This document shows positions 49,815 to 60,149 of a stretch of 64,000 nucleotides of DNA, one piece after another. Origin of the DNA: Candidatus Bathyarchaeia archaeon (lineage in GTDB: Archaea; Thermoproteota; Bathyarchaeia; Bathyarchaeales; Bathycorpusculaceae); contig JBEKSS010000008.1 of assembly GCA_049516875.1 (NCBI GenBank), positions 1 through 64,000 of the forward strand. The letters are read 5' to 3'. Every line of letters begins with the position of its first letter. Position 1 is the first letter of the stretch. The position numbers and the translations under genes were made by a program. The notes below the pieces were generated by a model, which worked only from the letters and a program-made list of their open reading frames with translations, was not told the DNA's origin and searched no databases.

Positions 49815-51284
49815 ATGATCGAATCAGGCCCCACAAAAACAAATGGGAATAAAGAGGATAAAAACCTTTACTCGCATAACCTGCGACAGGTGTGTCCGAG
49901 ATGTGGCTCGGAAGTGGATTCTTACAAAAACTACGTCATAACGGGTCGGGGAGGCACAACTACACGAATATTTCTTTTCAAGTGTCCTAAGTGCAGAAAG
50001 GCCTGGAGAAAGGGGGAAGAGCTGGAGAGAGTTGAAGTCACTACAGAAAATTGCAAATCCAGACCTCTAACGAAAGCTAGAAAAGCGAAAAGTCTACGTA
50101 GGCAGGTTTCTCTGCAGCAGTTTGAAGAGATGCAAAAAAGGATGGAGCCAAAAGAAATTGCAACGCTCTTGTGTCAGCATTACGAGAAAGACGAAGATAA
50201 AGCCGTATGTCAAGCTTGCCGAAAGGCAATCGTTCGAATGAGGAATGAGGTTGAAAATCGTAAGAGGAAAAACCAAAGCTATTCAGCAATTGATGAGTTT
50301 GACGAGATCCCTGAAATTCAAAAGCTTATGATAATGTTGAAACGGTGCAGTAAACCTATTCAGAGAAGTGTCAGAAACAGACTTTTCCGAATGTGGACGT
50401 GGATAAGAGAGTCAGGCAAAGATGAACTGGTGGAGTCTCAACGTCCTCAATTGTGGGGCAATGAACACATAGATTTCATAATAGCAAAATTAGCAGAGCT
50501 AAGGATCTCTGTGTACTCAGACATACAGGCCTTACGACGCCTGTTTGAGAGCATTGGTAAGCATGAGCTACTAAAAGATCGAAGGTTGAGAGCAAGTGCG
50601 AAAGATATGCGATCCCCGAACAACTCTGGGAAACGAGCCTGCGATAGATTCACCCCTCAACAGGTTCCCCACATCTTGGATTTTGCCCATGATTTTGTCA
50701 ATGATGAGAGCGACCCCTTTGCAATAAAGCTCCACATCACATTGAAGTGTAGGAATAAGGCTTTGTTTGGATTAGATTGGTCGAATGTCCGATGGGAAGA
50801 TGATTTCTACGGGTTTTCCATTACAACGATTGATGTTTACGAGTCCAAGGGCAAAGTGTGGTGGCGACATTGTCCGGTTGATCTTTGGTTTGGATCATTA
50901 AGCAAAGGGTTGAGAGAGCGATGGGAAAGGCTGGGATGCCCCCGCTCTGGCAAAATCATACCATTTGACAAGGGACACTATGGAAAGCTTTGGAAGCACA
51001 TAAGTGAGAAAAACGGAACGAAACTGGAGCCATATGATTGCCGCAGATCACCAAGCGGTTGGCTAAGAGACCTTTACTTAAGCGATCTTGCGATCGGTCA
51101 ATACGACGCCAACACGGGAGAAGGCATAGGATTCACTGGAAGTGGCTGGGAGAATCCAATGATTTTCTATACGAGATACGGTAAGATGAACCCTTTGGCA
51201 ATTTACGATCGATCTAAAAGACTCGACATGAGCTTTTTTGACGGACTGATTCACAAGATCCTAGAGAACCATAAGCAAATCTAG
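49815..51284 (+). CDS. Divergent tyrosine recombinase/integrase with N-terminal zinc ribbon
   Basis: LKCRNKALFGLDW (R), ESKG (K), PYDCRRS, GW....YTRY (Tyr); CPRC..CPKC. Confidence 0.75.
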   Translation: MIESGPTKTNGNKEDKNLYSHNLRQVCPRCGSEVDSYKNYVITGRGGTTTRIFLFKCPKCRKAWRKGEELERVEVTTENCKSRPLTKARKAKSLRRQVSLQQFEEMQKRMEPKEIATLLCQHYEKDEDKAVCQACRKAIVRMRNEVENRKRKNQSYSAIDEFDEIPEIQKLMIMLKRCSKPIQRSVRNRLFRMWTWIRESGKDELVESQRPQLWGNEHIDFIIAKLAELRISVYSDIQALRRLFESIGKHELLKDRRLRASAKDMRSPNNSGKRACDRFTPQQVPHILDFAHDFVNDESDPFAIKLHITLKCRNKALFGLDWSNVRWEDDFYGFSITTIDVYESKGKVWWRHCPVDLWFGSLSKGLRERWERLGCPRSGKIIPFDKGHYGKLWKHISEKNGTKLEPYDCRRSPSGWLRDLYLSDLAIGQYDANTGEGIGFTGSGWENPMIFYTRYGKMNPLAIYDRSKRLDMSFFDGLIHKILENHKQI

Positions 51285-51408
51285 AAATACTGGAAGGATT
51301 AATCTTTTTTCTGGTTGATTTGCCTTTAGTGTAGAACATTTCAAGAATGGTTGAATGGAAAGACATTTTTGAATGGTTTTTAGACTTTATTTAAGACTAG
51401 GGCTGTTT

Positions 51409-53154
51409 ATGTCTAAGAGAAAAAGCAAAAAAGAACCAAGCCCAGCCGAGAAACCAGGTTCAGTCGAAAAACCAGCCGAAAAGCCTTGGTTCAAGTTTTG
51501 GCCCTCAGACGTTCCGAGACACATCGGATACCCCCAAATTCCGCTTTCTCAAATCTTGACAAATACCGCTGAGAAGACTCCCAAGCAAGTAGCGATGGTA
51601 TATTTCAACAAAGAAATAACCTACGGTGAGCTCGATGAGGCTTCCGACAGGTTTGCGGCCGCGCTTGCCGCCCAAGGAGTAAACAAAGGCGACAGGGTGG
51701 CGATTTTCCTACCAAACATTCCTCAGTTCGTGATAGCATACTATGGCACTCTGAAAATAGGTGCCGTCGTAACGGCCATAAGCCCATTGTACAAAGAACG
51801 GGAAGTTGAGCATCAGCTCAACGACTCTGAAGCCGAAACCATCGTCGTCTTAGACGTACTTTATCCGATTCTGGAAAAAATCCTACGAACAACCAAGGTC
51901 AAGAGGATCATCGTGACAGGCTTGAAGGACTATATGCCCACGGCCACTGCGTTCCTAGGCTCATTATCTAGGAAAATTCCCTCCTTCAAAGTTGAACGCA
52001 AGGCGGGAACTTACTTCTTCAAAGAACTGTTGACTATGCATGATGCGAAGCCGCCAAGAGTCGACATCGACCCCGAACAAGATCTTGCAGCTTTACAGTA
52101 TACCGGTGGAACCACTGGAATCGCGAAAGGAGCGATGCTGACACACATGAACCTCTTATCAAACGCAATCATGTGCGCAGAATGGCTCAAGGGAAAACAA
52201 TTGATGGAAACGTTTCTAGCCGTTGTGCCACTGTTCCACATATACGGCATGACAACAGCAATGAACACGCCGATATATCTGGCCGGAAAGATTGTTATGC
52301 TTCTCCGTTTCGACGCGGTGGCCACCTTGAAAGCCATCCAAAAATACAGGGTCACCGTCTTCTGTGGGGCACCAACCATGTACGCGATGCTTCTCGCTCA
52401 TCCAAACTTGAACAGCTTCGACCTCTCATCGGTTCGCTTCTGCATTTCAGGCTCCGCCCCGTTGCCGCCTGAGATTCAGAAAAAATGGATGGACGTAACG
52501 AAAGGCGTCCTTGTGGAAGGCTACGGACTGTCAGAATCCTCCCCGGTCACACACAGCAACCCTCTTGATCGGACTTTGAAAACCGTCAAGGTGGGCTCCA
52601 TCGGTCTGCCCTTTCCCGACACGGACGCCAAAATCATGGACTTGGAAACCGGAGAAACCGAGCTTGTCGCTGGTCAAGACGGAGAGCTCGTGGTTGCGGG
52701 ACCGCAGGTTATGAAGGGTTACTGGAAGATGGATGAGGAATCCAGAGAAGTCCTCCGAAAAGGATGGCTCTACACGGGAGACATCGGAAAGGTGGATGAA
52801 GACGGCTACTTCTACATCACGGACAGGAAGAAGGACCTTATCAAGTACAAGGGCCTCAGCGTTTACCCAAGAGAGATTGAAGACGTGATTTATGAGCATC
52901 CAGCCGTCAAACTCTGCGCAGTCATCGGCAAACTCGATCCAATCGCGGGTGAGATTCCGAAAGCTTTCGTCGTGCTGAAAGAGGGGAAAACCGCAACGGC
53001 AGAAGAGATTAAAGAATTTGTGAATAGCAAATTGGCACCTTACAAGGCGGTAAGAGAGGTAGAATTCAGAACCGAACTACCCATGACTATGGTAGGCAAA
53101 GTCCTGAGAAGAGTGCTTCAGGAAGAGGAAAGGCAGAAGACAGCGAAAACCTGA
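51409..53154 (+). CDS. fadD: Long-chain fatty acid-CoA ligase
   Basis: YTGGTTG.AKG, EGYGLSE, TGD, GKVLRR. Confidence 0.92.
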   Translation: MSKRKSKKEPSPAEKPGSVEKPAEKPWFKFWPSDVPRHIGYPQIPLSQILTNTAEKTPKQVAMVYFNKEITYGELDEASDRFAAALAAQGVNKGDRVAIFLPNIPQFVIAYYGTLKIGAVVTAISPLYKEREVEHQLNDSEAETIVVLDVLYPILEKILRTTKVKRIIVTGLKDYMPTATAFLGSLSRKIPSFKVERKAGTYFFKELLTMHDAKPPRVDIDPEQDLAALQYTGGTTGIAKGAMLTHMNLLSNAIMCAEWLKGKQLMETFLAVVPLFHIYGMTTAMNTPIYLAGKIVMLLRFDAVATLKAIQKYRVTVFCGAPTMYAMLLAHPNLNSFDLSSVRFCISGSAPLPPEIQKKWMDVTKGVLVEGYGLSESSPVTHSNPLDRTLKTVKVGSIGLPFPDTDAKIMDLETGETELVAGQDGELVVAGPQVMKGYWKMDEESREVLRKGWLYTGDIGKVDEDGYFYITDRKKDLIKYKGLSVYPREIEDVIYEHPAVKLCAVIGKLDPIAGEIPKAFVVLKEGKTATAEEIKEFVNSKLAPYKAVREVEFRTELPMTMVGKVLRRVLQEEERQKTAKT

Positions 53155-53237
53155 AACATCGTTGACTGTGCTCCCACCGCGAAGAATCGTACACCCTGCT
53201 GCTTCTCAGAGACAGCGATTCTCTGCAGAGACAACAA

Positions 53238-54764
53238 CTATGCTGGTTCGTTTATTTTTTTCCCAGTCTTCCTCGTCCATTCAGCAATCGAGGTTGAGAA
53301 CTGTTTTTCAACGTTAGGCCGATGTATGCTATTGTAAGTGCAGAAGCATCTCACTTTGCCATCTGGTGTGGCATAGTGAATCGCACATTTTTGAACGCGA
53401 TCAATGTCTATGTTCCAAACGTCTTGAAAGTGCATTATTCCAATCATAACGATGCGGTGCATAAGGTCTCCAAGAGCCTCGTAGCTTCCCTTAGTCACCA
53501 CGTTCATGATTAAGCCTCTGACAAAATCGGATTTTGCCATCGGCAACAGCTTCAGCAATTTCATCTTTGCCATTGTTCTTTTACCTTTCGCTCCTGAGTA
53601 ATAGACATCCCAGAAGACTTCAGCAAATTTGTCAACATCTACATATCGCATAATAGGCTTGTATGAACCGTCCTTGTCAACGACCAAAAATGTTGCTGCG
53701 CCGCACATAGGACTCATCGTGAACTCTGGATAGATTCTGTTCTTCACGACGCCCATTCCCTTAGAAATCGGGACTGGCCAGTTGACTGGTCTCCAATCAA
53801 ACCGGCCGACAGCACCTTTCGTTTGCTCCTCTATCTCTTTCATCGTGTCGGGAATCGTTATCCGCATTTTTCGCATTTCCTCTTTCCTGGCTTTTCCAGC
53901 CATTGACATTGGCTGGATGTTGATGCATCGGATAACGTCACGATTTTTGATCGCGAAGTCAATTATGTCTCCTAAGTCCTTATCGTTCACCCCCTTTGCC
54001 AAAGTGACAACCAAAACAATCGAGTCTAAGCCTATTGTTCTGGCGTTTTCTATGACCTTCAACTTTATCGGAATCATATCAGACCTTGCTCTGGTCTTCT
54101 TGTAGATTTCTTCTCTCAAACCGTCAAACTGAAGATAAAGCGTGCTCAGCCCCGAGTCCAGCAACTTCTTGAAATACGCAATGTCTTCAGCGACGCGAAT
54201 ACCGTTAGTATTAACCTCCACATGGGTTATCCCCGCTTTCTGAGCCTCCTTAATCAAGTCTGGCAGGTCGTTTCTTAGCGTCGGTTCGCCTCCACTAAAC
54301 TGCAACGCGTTGCAAGCCCATGGGCTATTGGCCCTAAGCACCTTCATCATTTCCACAATTTGTTCATACGAAGGCTCGTAGACATAGTTGGCAACTCCCA
54401 CATAAGCAAAACAAATCGGACATGCCATGTTACACCTATTCGTAACATCTATGATCCCTAAAATCGTGGGCGTCTTGTGCTGAGGGCAGATTCCACAGTC
54501 AAACGGACAACCCTCAACAGTAGCAGTGTGCGGATTCTCCAAGCCGCTTCCCACATAGCGAGCATTACACCACTTATCATTGAACCACTTGAAAAGTTCA
54601 GCATCACCCCAATAAACATCCTCAAACTTCCCATGTTCAGGGCACGTCTTCTCTAGATAGATCACGCCGTTGTCCTCATAGATCCTCATCGGAATCTTCT
54701 TCATACAATCTGGACACAGGCTCATCGAGTAAGTCTCAAACTTTGATTCTTGGAGCTTTGACAT
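53238..54764 (-). CDS. tes: Tetraether lipid synthase (Tes/GDGT-MAS, MJ0619 family) radical SAM
   Basis: SLCPDC..KTCPEHG, GCPFDCGICPQH, CNMACPIC, QFSGGEP, C-terminal CAIHY..FC.YN. Confidence 0.85.
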   Translation of the reverse strand: MSKLQESKFETYSMSLCPDCMKKIPMRIYEDNGVIYLEKTCPEHGKFEDVYWGDAELFKWFNDKWCNARYVGSGLENPHTATVEGCPFDCGICPQHKTPTILGIIDVTNRCNMACPICFAYVGVANYVYEPSYEQIVEMMKVLRANSPWACNALQFSGGEPTLRNDLPDLIKEAQKAGITHVEVNTNGIRVAEDIAYFKKLLDSGLSTLYLQFDGLREEIYKKTRARSDMIPIKLKVIENARTIGLDSIVLVVTLAKGVNDKDLGDIIDFAIKNRDVIRCINIQPMSMAGKARKEEMRKMRITIPDTMKEIEEQTKGAVGRFDWRPVNWPVPISKGMGVVKNRIYPEFTMSPMCGAATFLVVDKDGSYKPIMRYVDVDKFAEVFWDVYYSGAKGKRTMAKMKLLKLLPMAKSDFVRGLIMNVVTKGSYEALGDLMHRIVMIGIMHFQDVWNIDIDRVQKCAIHYATPDGKVRCFCTYNSIHRPNVEKQFSTSIAEWTRKTGKKINEPA

Positions 54765-54956
54765 TCGAACACTTTCCCAAAGTTATGAATATTAACTAGA
54801 AACAAAGGCTGCTAATAAATCATGGAGTGAGCGGCTACACACTTGGTGCACAAACGAAAACTCAAAAAAGAATGAAAAAACAGCTCTGCCTCCTGCAGGA
54901 ATGATTGATGGCCAACAAGAATATCTTCCATAGTCAATGGTTACAGCAAGATTTCG

Positions 54957-56198
54957 TTATGCTTTTTCACTCTGGTGGGCTTCCTTCTTTGTCTCCCTGA
55001 GCATCAGATAAAAGGGTAATTGCACTGCAAATATTAAGGCGGCGATGCCGCATGGCGTTGTGGCGTCGGGTTTGGTTAAGTTCCAGACGTAACTTCCGGT
55101 GGTAGGCCCGATTGATAGGCCTACTCCGTTCAGCGTCTGGGTTATTCCACTAACGCTGGCGCGTCGGTGTTGTGGAACAAGGTCCATGAGCCAAGCTGAT
55201 ATTGCTGGTGAACTTATGTTGCCGACAGCGCTGATTCCACTCATTATTAGGCCGAACTCCAAAAATGTTCGACTGAAAGCCAGTGCAAAGACCAGCGGAA
55301 CGCCCAGGAACCCAAGTAGGACGAGAGGTTTCCTTCCGAACTTGTCTGTGAGGATTCCGCCCGGAATCTGGACAAGTCCAGTAACAAGGCTGGAGGAAAT
55401 TGACAGGATCAATCCATACATCGTTGGATCAGCGTTCAGTTTGAAAATGAGAAAGCCGCTCAACAGTGGACCGACAAAACCGTTCAGCAGGCCGTTGGCG
55501 AGGTTTGCTATGGAGAATAGGAGAATTACGCGCAGAAGCGGCATGAGTGGCTTTGGATCTGGCTCTTCAAATGACGTCTGATGCTCCTCGGATGCTTGTT
55601 TGTTCTTGTCAGATTTCCCTTTTAACAAGATTGAAAACATCATGCCTACCACGCTTACGAAGACCGCTATGATGAATGGACTTCGCAGGTTAACAGTCTC
55701 CGCTAGAAACCCGCCTAACAGGGGTGCAGGAACTTGAGCCGAAACCCATGAAAGGTTGAATATTCCGAAGGCTTTGCCTCTTGAACACTGTGCGCTGTAG
55801 TCAGCCACCAAAGCTGAAATGGCGGGCCCTGAGAAGCCTACGGAGAACATTTCGACGAAGCTTGCGAGAAAGAGGAACGACAAGTTTGGAGCAATTGTAA
55901 ACAGTCCGCACCCGAAGGCCAGAATGAAGAAGGACAAAGCAATAACTCTCTTCCTCCCAACCCAGTCGGCTGCAAACCCTCCGAGCAAATAGCCCAAGGT
56001 CACTGCCACGAACCCCAAGGAAAGCATAATTCCGTATGCTTCCATCGTCGCCGCTTCTACATCTCCCCCGCTGACAAATTCTTTCGCCAAATAGGGCCTC
56101 GGAGTAGAGATTATCGAAACCGCAAAAGTGAATACAAAATTGACTATCCACAAGACCCAGAACACTCTTGACCTATAGTCAAACCCGTTGGTTCCCAA
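54957..56198 (-). CDS. MFS transporter
   Basis: ADWVGRKR and TDKFGRK motifs; ~12 TM helices. Confidence 0.9.
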   Translation of the reverse strand: MGTNGFDYRSRVFWVLWIVNFVFTFAVSIISTPRPYLAKEFVSGGDVEAATMEAYGIMLSLGFVAVTLGYLLGGFAADWVGRKRVIALSFFILAFGCGLFTIAPNLSFLFLASFVEMFSVGFSGPAISALVADYSAQCSRGKAFGIFNLSWVSAQVPAPLLGGFLAETVNLRSPFIIAVFVSVVGMMFSILLKGKSDKNKQASEEHQTSFEEPDPKPLMPLLRVILLFSIANLANGLLNGFVGPLLSGFLIFKLNADPTMYGLILSISSSLVTGLVQIPGGILTDKFGRKPLVLLGFLGVPLVFALAFSRTFLEFGLIMSGISAVGNISSPAISAWLMDLVPQHRRASVSGITQTLNGVGLSIGPTTGSYVWNLTKPDATTPCGIAALIFAVQLPFYLMLRETKKEAHQSEKA

Positions 56199-56416
56199 AG
56201 TTCGCCAATCTCCTTCAGCCGTTGTGATGCCATTCTAGTTGACACATTGCTTGCAGTGCTCATCCCTCAGACTTTGATGCTGAATCCTACTACACTGGCC
56301 TTATAAAGGGAGACGCACGCTCCGTAATCACAACTTGTTACTTGAACTTCTCAACACCGCTCAGCAAAAACGTATATGAAGTGTCGGGCTGTCACTAAAA
56401 TTTAGAGATGGCATAA

Positions 56417-58696
56417 TTGCGTGTGAGAATCCAAGTCACGGGCATAGTTCAGGGAGTGGGCTTCCGTCCGTTTGTCTATCGGATAGCGATAGAACACGGG
56501 CTTTCTGGCTACGTTAAGAACCGGGGCGACGCAGGAGTAGAAATTCTACTAGAAGGCGAAGAGCAGGCTATCCAACACTTTTTGCAAGATCTGAAAAAGA
56601 AGAAACCGCCCTTAGCCCAAATCCACGATGTTATCACGTCCAAGCTTCCGGGAAAGACTGAGAACACAGAATTTGTCATCAAGAAGAGTTCCAATGAGAC
56701 AGAACTGTCAGGTTCAGTCATCCCGCCTGACATCGCTATTTGTGACGACTGTTTAAGAGAGCTTCGAAATCCCAAAGACCCTCGGTTCGAGTACTTTTTT
56801 ATCACTTGTACAAACTGTGGTCCAAGGTTCACCATAATCGAAAAATTGCCCTACGACCGCGAGAACACGACGATGCGAGCCTTCCCGATGTGCAGCTTCT
56901 GCCTGAGCGAATACGAGGATCCACAGAACAGACGTTTTCACGCACAGACGGTTGCATGCCCAAAATGCGGTCCACGAGTTTACCTAGCAAATGCAGAAGG
57001 CGAAGTGCTGAAAGAGAAAGATCCTGTTCGAGTAGCGGGTAAGCTTCTGTCAGAGGGCAATGTTCTTGCTGTTAAAGGCTACGGTGGTTTCCACGTTGCT
57101 GCATCAACGACGAAATCTGAGCCTTTAGCGAAGCTGAGAAAAGTCAAACATCGAAGCCAGAAGCCCTTTGCTGTCATGGCTCGAAGCTTAGAAGCTGCAA
57201 AAACCTTTGCAGAGGTAAACAAAAGCCAGGAGGAGCTTCTGACTTCGTACGCGCGCCCTATAGTGCTGTTGAACAAGAGCAGACAGTATTATCTTTCCGA
57301 TTTAGTGGCTCCCAGACTACATAACGTCGGCGTAATTCTCCCCTACACGGGTCTGCACTACATGCTGTTTGACGAAGTGGAAGATTCTGCGTTTGTCATG
57401 ACCAGCGCCAACCCGCCTAACCAACCGATAATAAAAGACAACGATGAAGCCTTGAGAACGCTCAGCGACACCGTTGACTTCTATCTCTTCCATAACCGAC
57501 AGATAGCCCAGCGTTGCGACGATTCCGTGGCCCGCACACACGACGGCAACACAGTTTTCATGAGGCGATCGAGAGGCTACGCACCGGCCCCGATAATGCT
57601 CAAGAAAAAAGCAAAAAGCTGCGTGCTAGGCTTAGGAGGAGAGCTGAACAACACCTCGTGCATTCTAAACGGCAACAAAGCCTTCATTTCCCAACACGTA
57701 GGCGATGTGGACAACGTCGAAACGAGAACTTTTCTGGAAAATGCCACAAAACACCTTGCCCGTTTGACGAACAGCGAAGTAGAAACCGTTGCGTGTGACT
57801 TGCATCCAAAATTCATCACGACAAAACTGGCCCAATCCTGGGCAGAAGAAAACGGCCGACAAGCAATTCGCGTACAGCACCACTACGCGCACATCGCTGG
57901 ACTCATGGTTGAACACAATGTAGGGGAGATGGTGGGCGTTTGCTGCGACGGCTACGGATACGGCTTGGACGGTGAAGCCTGGGGAGGAGAGATCCTGTTG
58001 TGCACCGATGAGGCTTTCGGTTTCAAGCGTGTGGCTCACCTCGAAAAACAGCCTCTGATAGGAGGCGACCTAGTAGCCTATTACCCGTTGAGAATGGCCG
58101 CAGGGATGCTCCACGGCGACGTTGACTTGGAAAGTTGGCTTCTGAAGCACAAGCAACACTTTCCACACGGCGAGCAGGAGGTTCAGATAATTCTTCAACA
58201 GTTGAGTAGAAAAGCAGACGGAATAGGGACGACCAGTTGCGGAAGGGTGTTGGACGCCGTTTCAGCCGTCCTGGGCGTATGCTACGAACGCACGTACGAG
58301 GGCGAACCATCCATGAAACTCGAGTCGACCGCAATGAAAGGCAAAGACGTGCTGAAGCTCAAACCCGTCATAGAAGACGGCACCCTAAACACTACGCGTA
58401 TGCTTCAGGACATTTTTGAAAACAGAGACAAACATTCCAAGGCAGACTTGGCATACTCTGCACACGCGTACTTGGCTAAAGGTTTGGCAACATTGGCGAT
58501 CGAAAAAGCATGCGAAAACAACGTGACAACGGTCGGTTTTTCAGGCGGAGTCGCGTGCAACGAAATCTTGACGCTGAACATGGGAAGAATCGTTACAGCA
58601 TCAAGGCTTCAGTTCCTTGTCCATAGAACTGTTCCACCCGGCGATGGTGGTTTATCGTTCGGTCAAGCTGTTGCATCTGGGTTTTTCCATATCTAG
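56417..58696 (+). CDS. hypF: Carbamoyltransferase HypF
   Basis: GIVQGVGFRPF, CTNCGPRF, HAQ..CPKCGP, DGGLSFGQ. Confidence 0.97.
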   Translation: MRVRIQVTGIVQGVGFRPFVYRIAIEHGLSGYVKNRGDAGVEILLEGEEQAIQHFLQDLKKKKPPLAQIHDVITSKLPGKTENTEFVIKKSSNETELSGSVIPPDIAICDDCLRELRNPKDPRFEYFFITCTNCGPRFTIIEKLPYDRENTTMRAFPMCSFCLSEYEDPQNRRFHAQTVACPKCGPRVYLANAEGEVLKEKDPVRVAGKLLSEGNVLAVKGYGGFHVAASTTKSEPLAKLRKVKHRSQKPFAVMARSLEAAKTFAEVNKSQEELLTSYARPIVLLNKSRQYYLSDLVAPRLHNVGVILPYTGLHYMLFDEVEDSAFVMTSANPPNQPIIKDNDEALRTLSDTVDFYLFHNRQIAQRCDDSVARTHDGNTVFMRRSRGYAPAPIMLKKKAKSCVLGLGGELNNTSCILNGNKAFISQHVGDVDNVETRTFLENATKHLARLTNSEVETVACDLHPKFITTKLAQSWAEENGRQAIRVQHHYAHIAGLMVEHNVGEMVGVCCDGYGYGLDGEAWGGEILLCTDEAFGFKRVAHLEKQPLIGGDLVAYYPLRMAAGMLHGDVDLESWLLKHKQHFPHGEQEVQIILQQLSRKADGIGTTSCGRVLDAVSAVLGVCYERTYEGEPSMKLESTAMKGKDVLKLKPVIEDGTLNTTRMLQDIFENRDKHSKADLAYSAHAYLAKGLATLAIEKACENNVTTVGFSGGVACNEILTLNMGRIVTASRLQFLVHRTVPPGDGGLSFGQAVASGFFHI

Positions 58697-58738
58697 ACCA
58701 TAACGAATTTATCGCCCCGAGCACGTTCGAGTATTCTG

Positions 58739-58975
58739 ATGGAAATGTGCCTCGCGATTCCAGCAAAAGTTGTAACCATCGAAAAAGACGAAGCTCAAGT
58801 GGACTTCGGCGGAGGAGTAACGAGAGGAGTTAACGTGACGCTCGTGAACGTTAAGATTGGTGACTACGTTTTGGTCCACGCAGGCTATGCCATTCAGGTT
58901 TTAGACAAAGAAGAGGCTGAGGAAACCCTACGCTTGTGGAACGAAATCCTTGAACTCGAACCCGAGCAGCAGTAA
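58739..58975 (+). CDS. hypC: HypC
   Basis: MCLAIP, GDYVLVHAGYA. Confidence 0.97.
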   Translation: MEMCLAIPAKVVTIEKDEAQVDFGGGVTRGVNVTLVNVKIGDYVLVHAGYAIQVLDKEEAEETLRLWNEILELEPEQQ

Positions 58976-58993
58976 AAGATCAGATGAATCGTA

Positions 58994-60073
58994 ATGGTTG
59001 CGAATCTAAGGTTCAGAGATCAGGAATTCTCGGAACGCGTAGCCCAAAAAATCCAAAGGATCGCGGCAAGCGAAGGCTCAATCAGGATATGTCACGTTTG
59101 CGGCACACACGAGTGGACCATCACGCATTATGGCATACGAAGCCTCCTACCCTCAAACATAGAAGTAATAGCCGGCCCAGGCTGCCCAGTTTGCATCGTT
59201 CCAGCCTCGGAAATCGATGAAGCCGTCCAACTGGCCATGAACGACGTGACCGTCACCTGTTTCGGCGACGTCTTGCGTGTTCCAGGCTCAAAAATGTCGC
59301 TTCTGGATGCGAAAGCCGAGGGAGCTGACGTACGCATTGTTTACAGTGTTGACGACGCAGTCAAGATGGCCAAGAGCGAAGTAGACAAGGATTTTGTCTT
59401 TTTTGCCGTCGGGTTCGAAACAACCGCGCCTTCAACAGCTGTGGAAATAATGGGCAGACCGCCCGAAAACCTGAGCTTTTTGATTTCCCACAGGCTTATC
59501 CCTCCCGCTATGGAACTGCTTGTGAAAATGAAAGACTTGAACCTTGACGGCTTCATTGCGCCAGGTCACGTCAGCACAATCATTGGACTTAGACCCTACG
59601 AGATTTTTCCAAAAACCTACAAAATGCCAACTGTAATAGCAGGCTTCGAGCCTCTAGACGTCTTGTTCAGCATTTACATGATCGTCAAGCAGATAAAAGA
59701 AGGCAAGCCTCGCCTAGAGAACGAGTACGCACGCGCCGTGCGCTCGGAAGGAAACGTTAAGGCTCAGGAAGTGATGCGCAGAGTCTTTGACATCGCTGAC
59801 GGAAAATGGCGCGGACTCGGCAACATACCCTCCTCAAGGCTTAAGGTCAATAGCGAGTACGAGGCCTCCGATGCCGTTCTGAAATATGACATAAAGGTAG
59901 AAGATGGCGTTGACATACACCCAGGCTGTCAATGTCATCTAGTCGTGGTCGGCAAAACAAAACCCACGGAGTGTCCACTATTCATGACAGCTTGCACACC
60001 ACAAAAACCCGTAGGCGCCTGCATGGTTGGCAGCGAAGGGACCTGCCGCATATGGGCAAGACAGCAAAAATAA
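58994..60073 (+). CDS. hypD: HypD
   Basis: CGTHE, GPGCPVC, GFETT, GACMV..EGTC. Confidence 0.97.
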   Translation: MVANLRFRDQEFSERVAQKIQRIAASEGSIRICHVCGTHEWTITHYGIRSLLPSNIEVIAGPGCPVCIVPASEIDEAVQLAMNDVTVTCFGDVLRVPGSKMSLLDAKAEGADVRIVYSVDDAVKMAKSEVDKDFVFFAVGFETTAPSTAVEIMGRPPENLSFLISHRLIPPAMELLVKMKDLNLDGFIAPGHVSTIIGLRPYEIFPKTYKMPTVIAGFEPLDVLFSIYMIVKQIKEGKPRLENEYARAVRSEGNVKAQEVMRRVFDIADGKWRGLGNIPSSRLKVNSEYEASDAVLKYDIKVEDGVDIHPGCQCHLVVVGKTKPTECPLFMTACTPQKPVGACMVGSEGTCRIWARQQK

Positions 60074-60149
60074 CTTGGTGACGCGCTCCCAACAGTCATG
60101 GTTTCTTCCACAACTTTTCCAAACGGATCGGATAGTACCGCGCCAAAAC

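Larger units (their letters stand above)
28786..51335. mobile_element. Putative integrative defence island with terminal tyrosine recombinase
   Basis: Separates beta-oxidation genes from the acyl-CoA ligase; visibly AT-richer; integrase at right end; TAGTGTAGA at both edges. Confidence 0.7.

Noticed and set aside
28800-51300. Provirus
   Set aside because: No recognisable capsid, terminase, packaging ATPase or replication gene.
57250-57256. GC tract inside hypF
   Set aside because: 7 nt, in frame within an intact core gene; compatible with chance.
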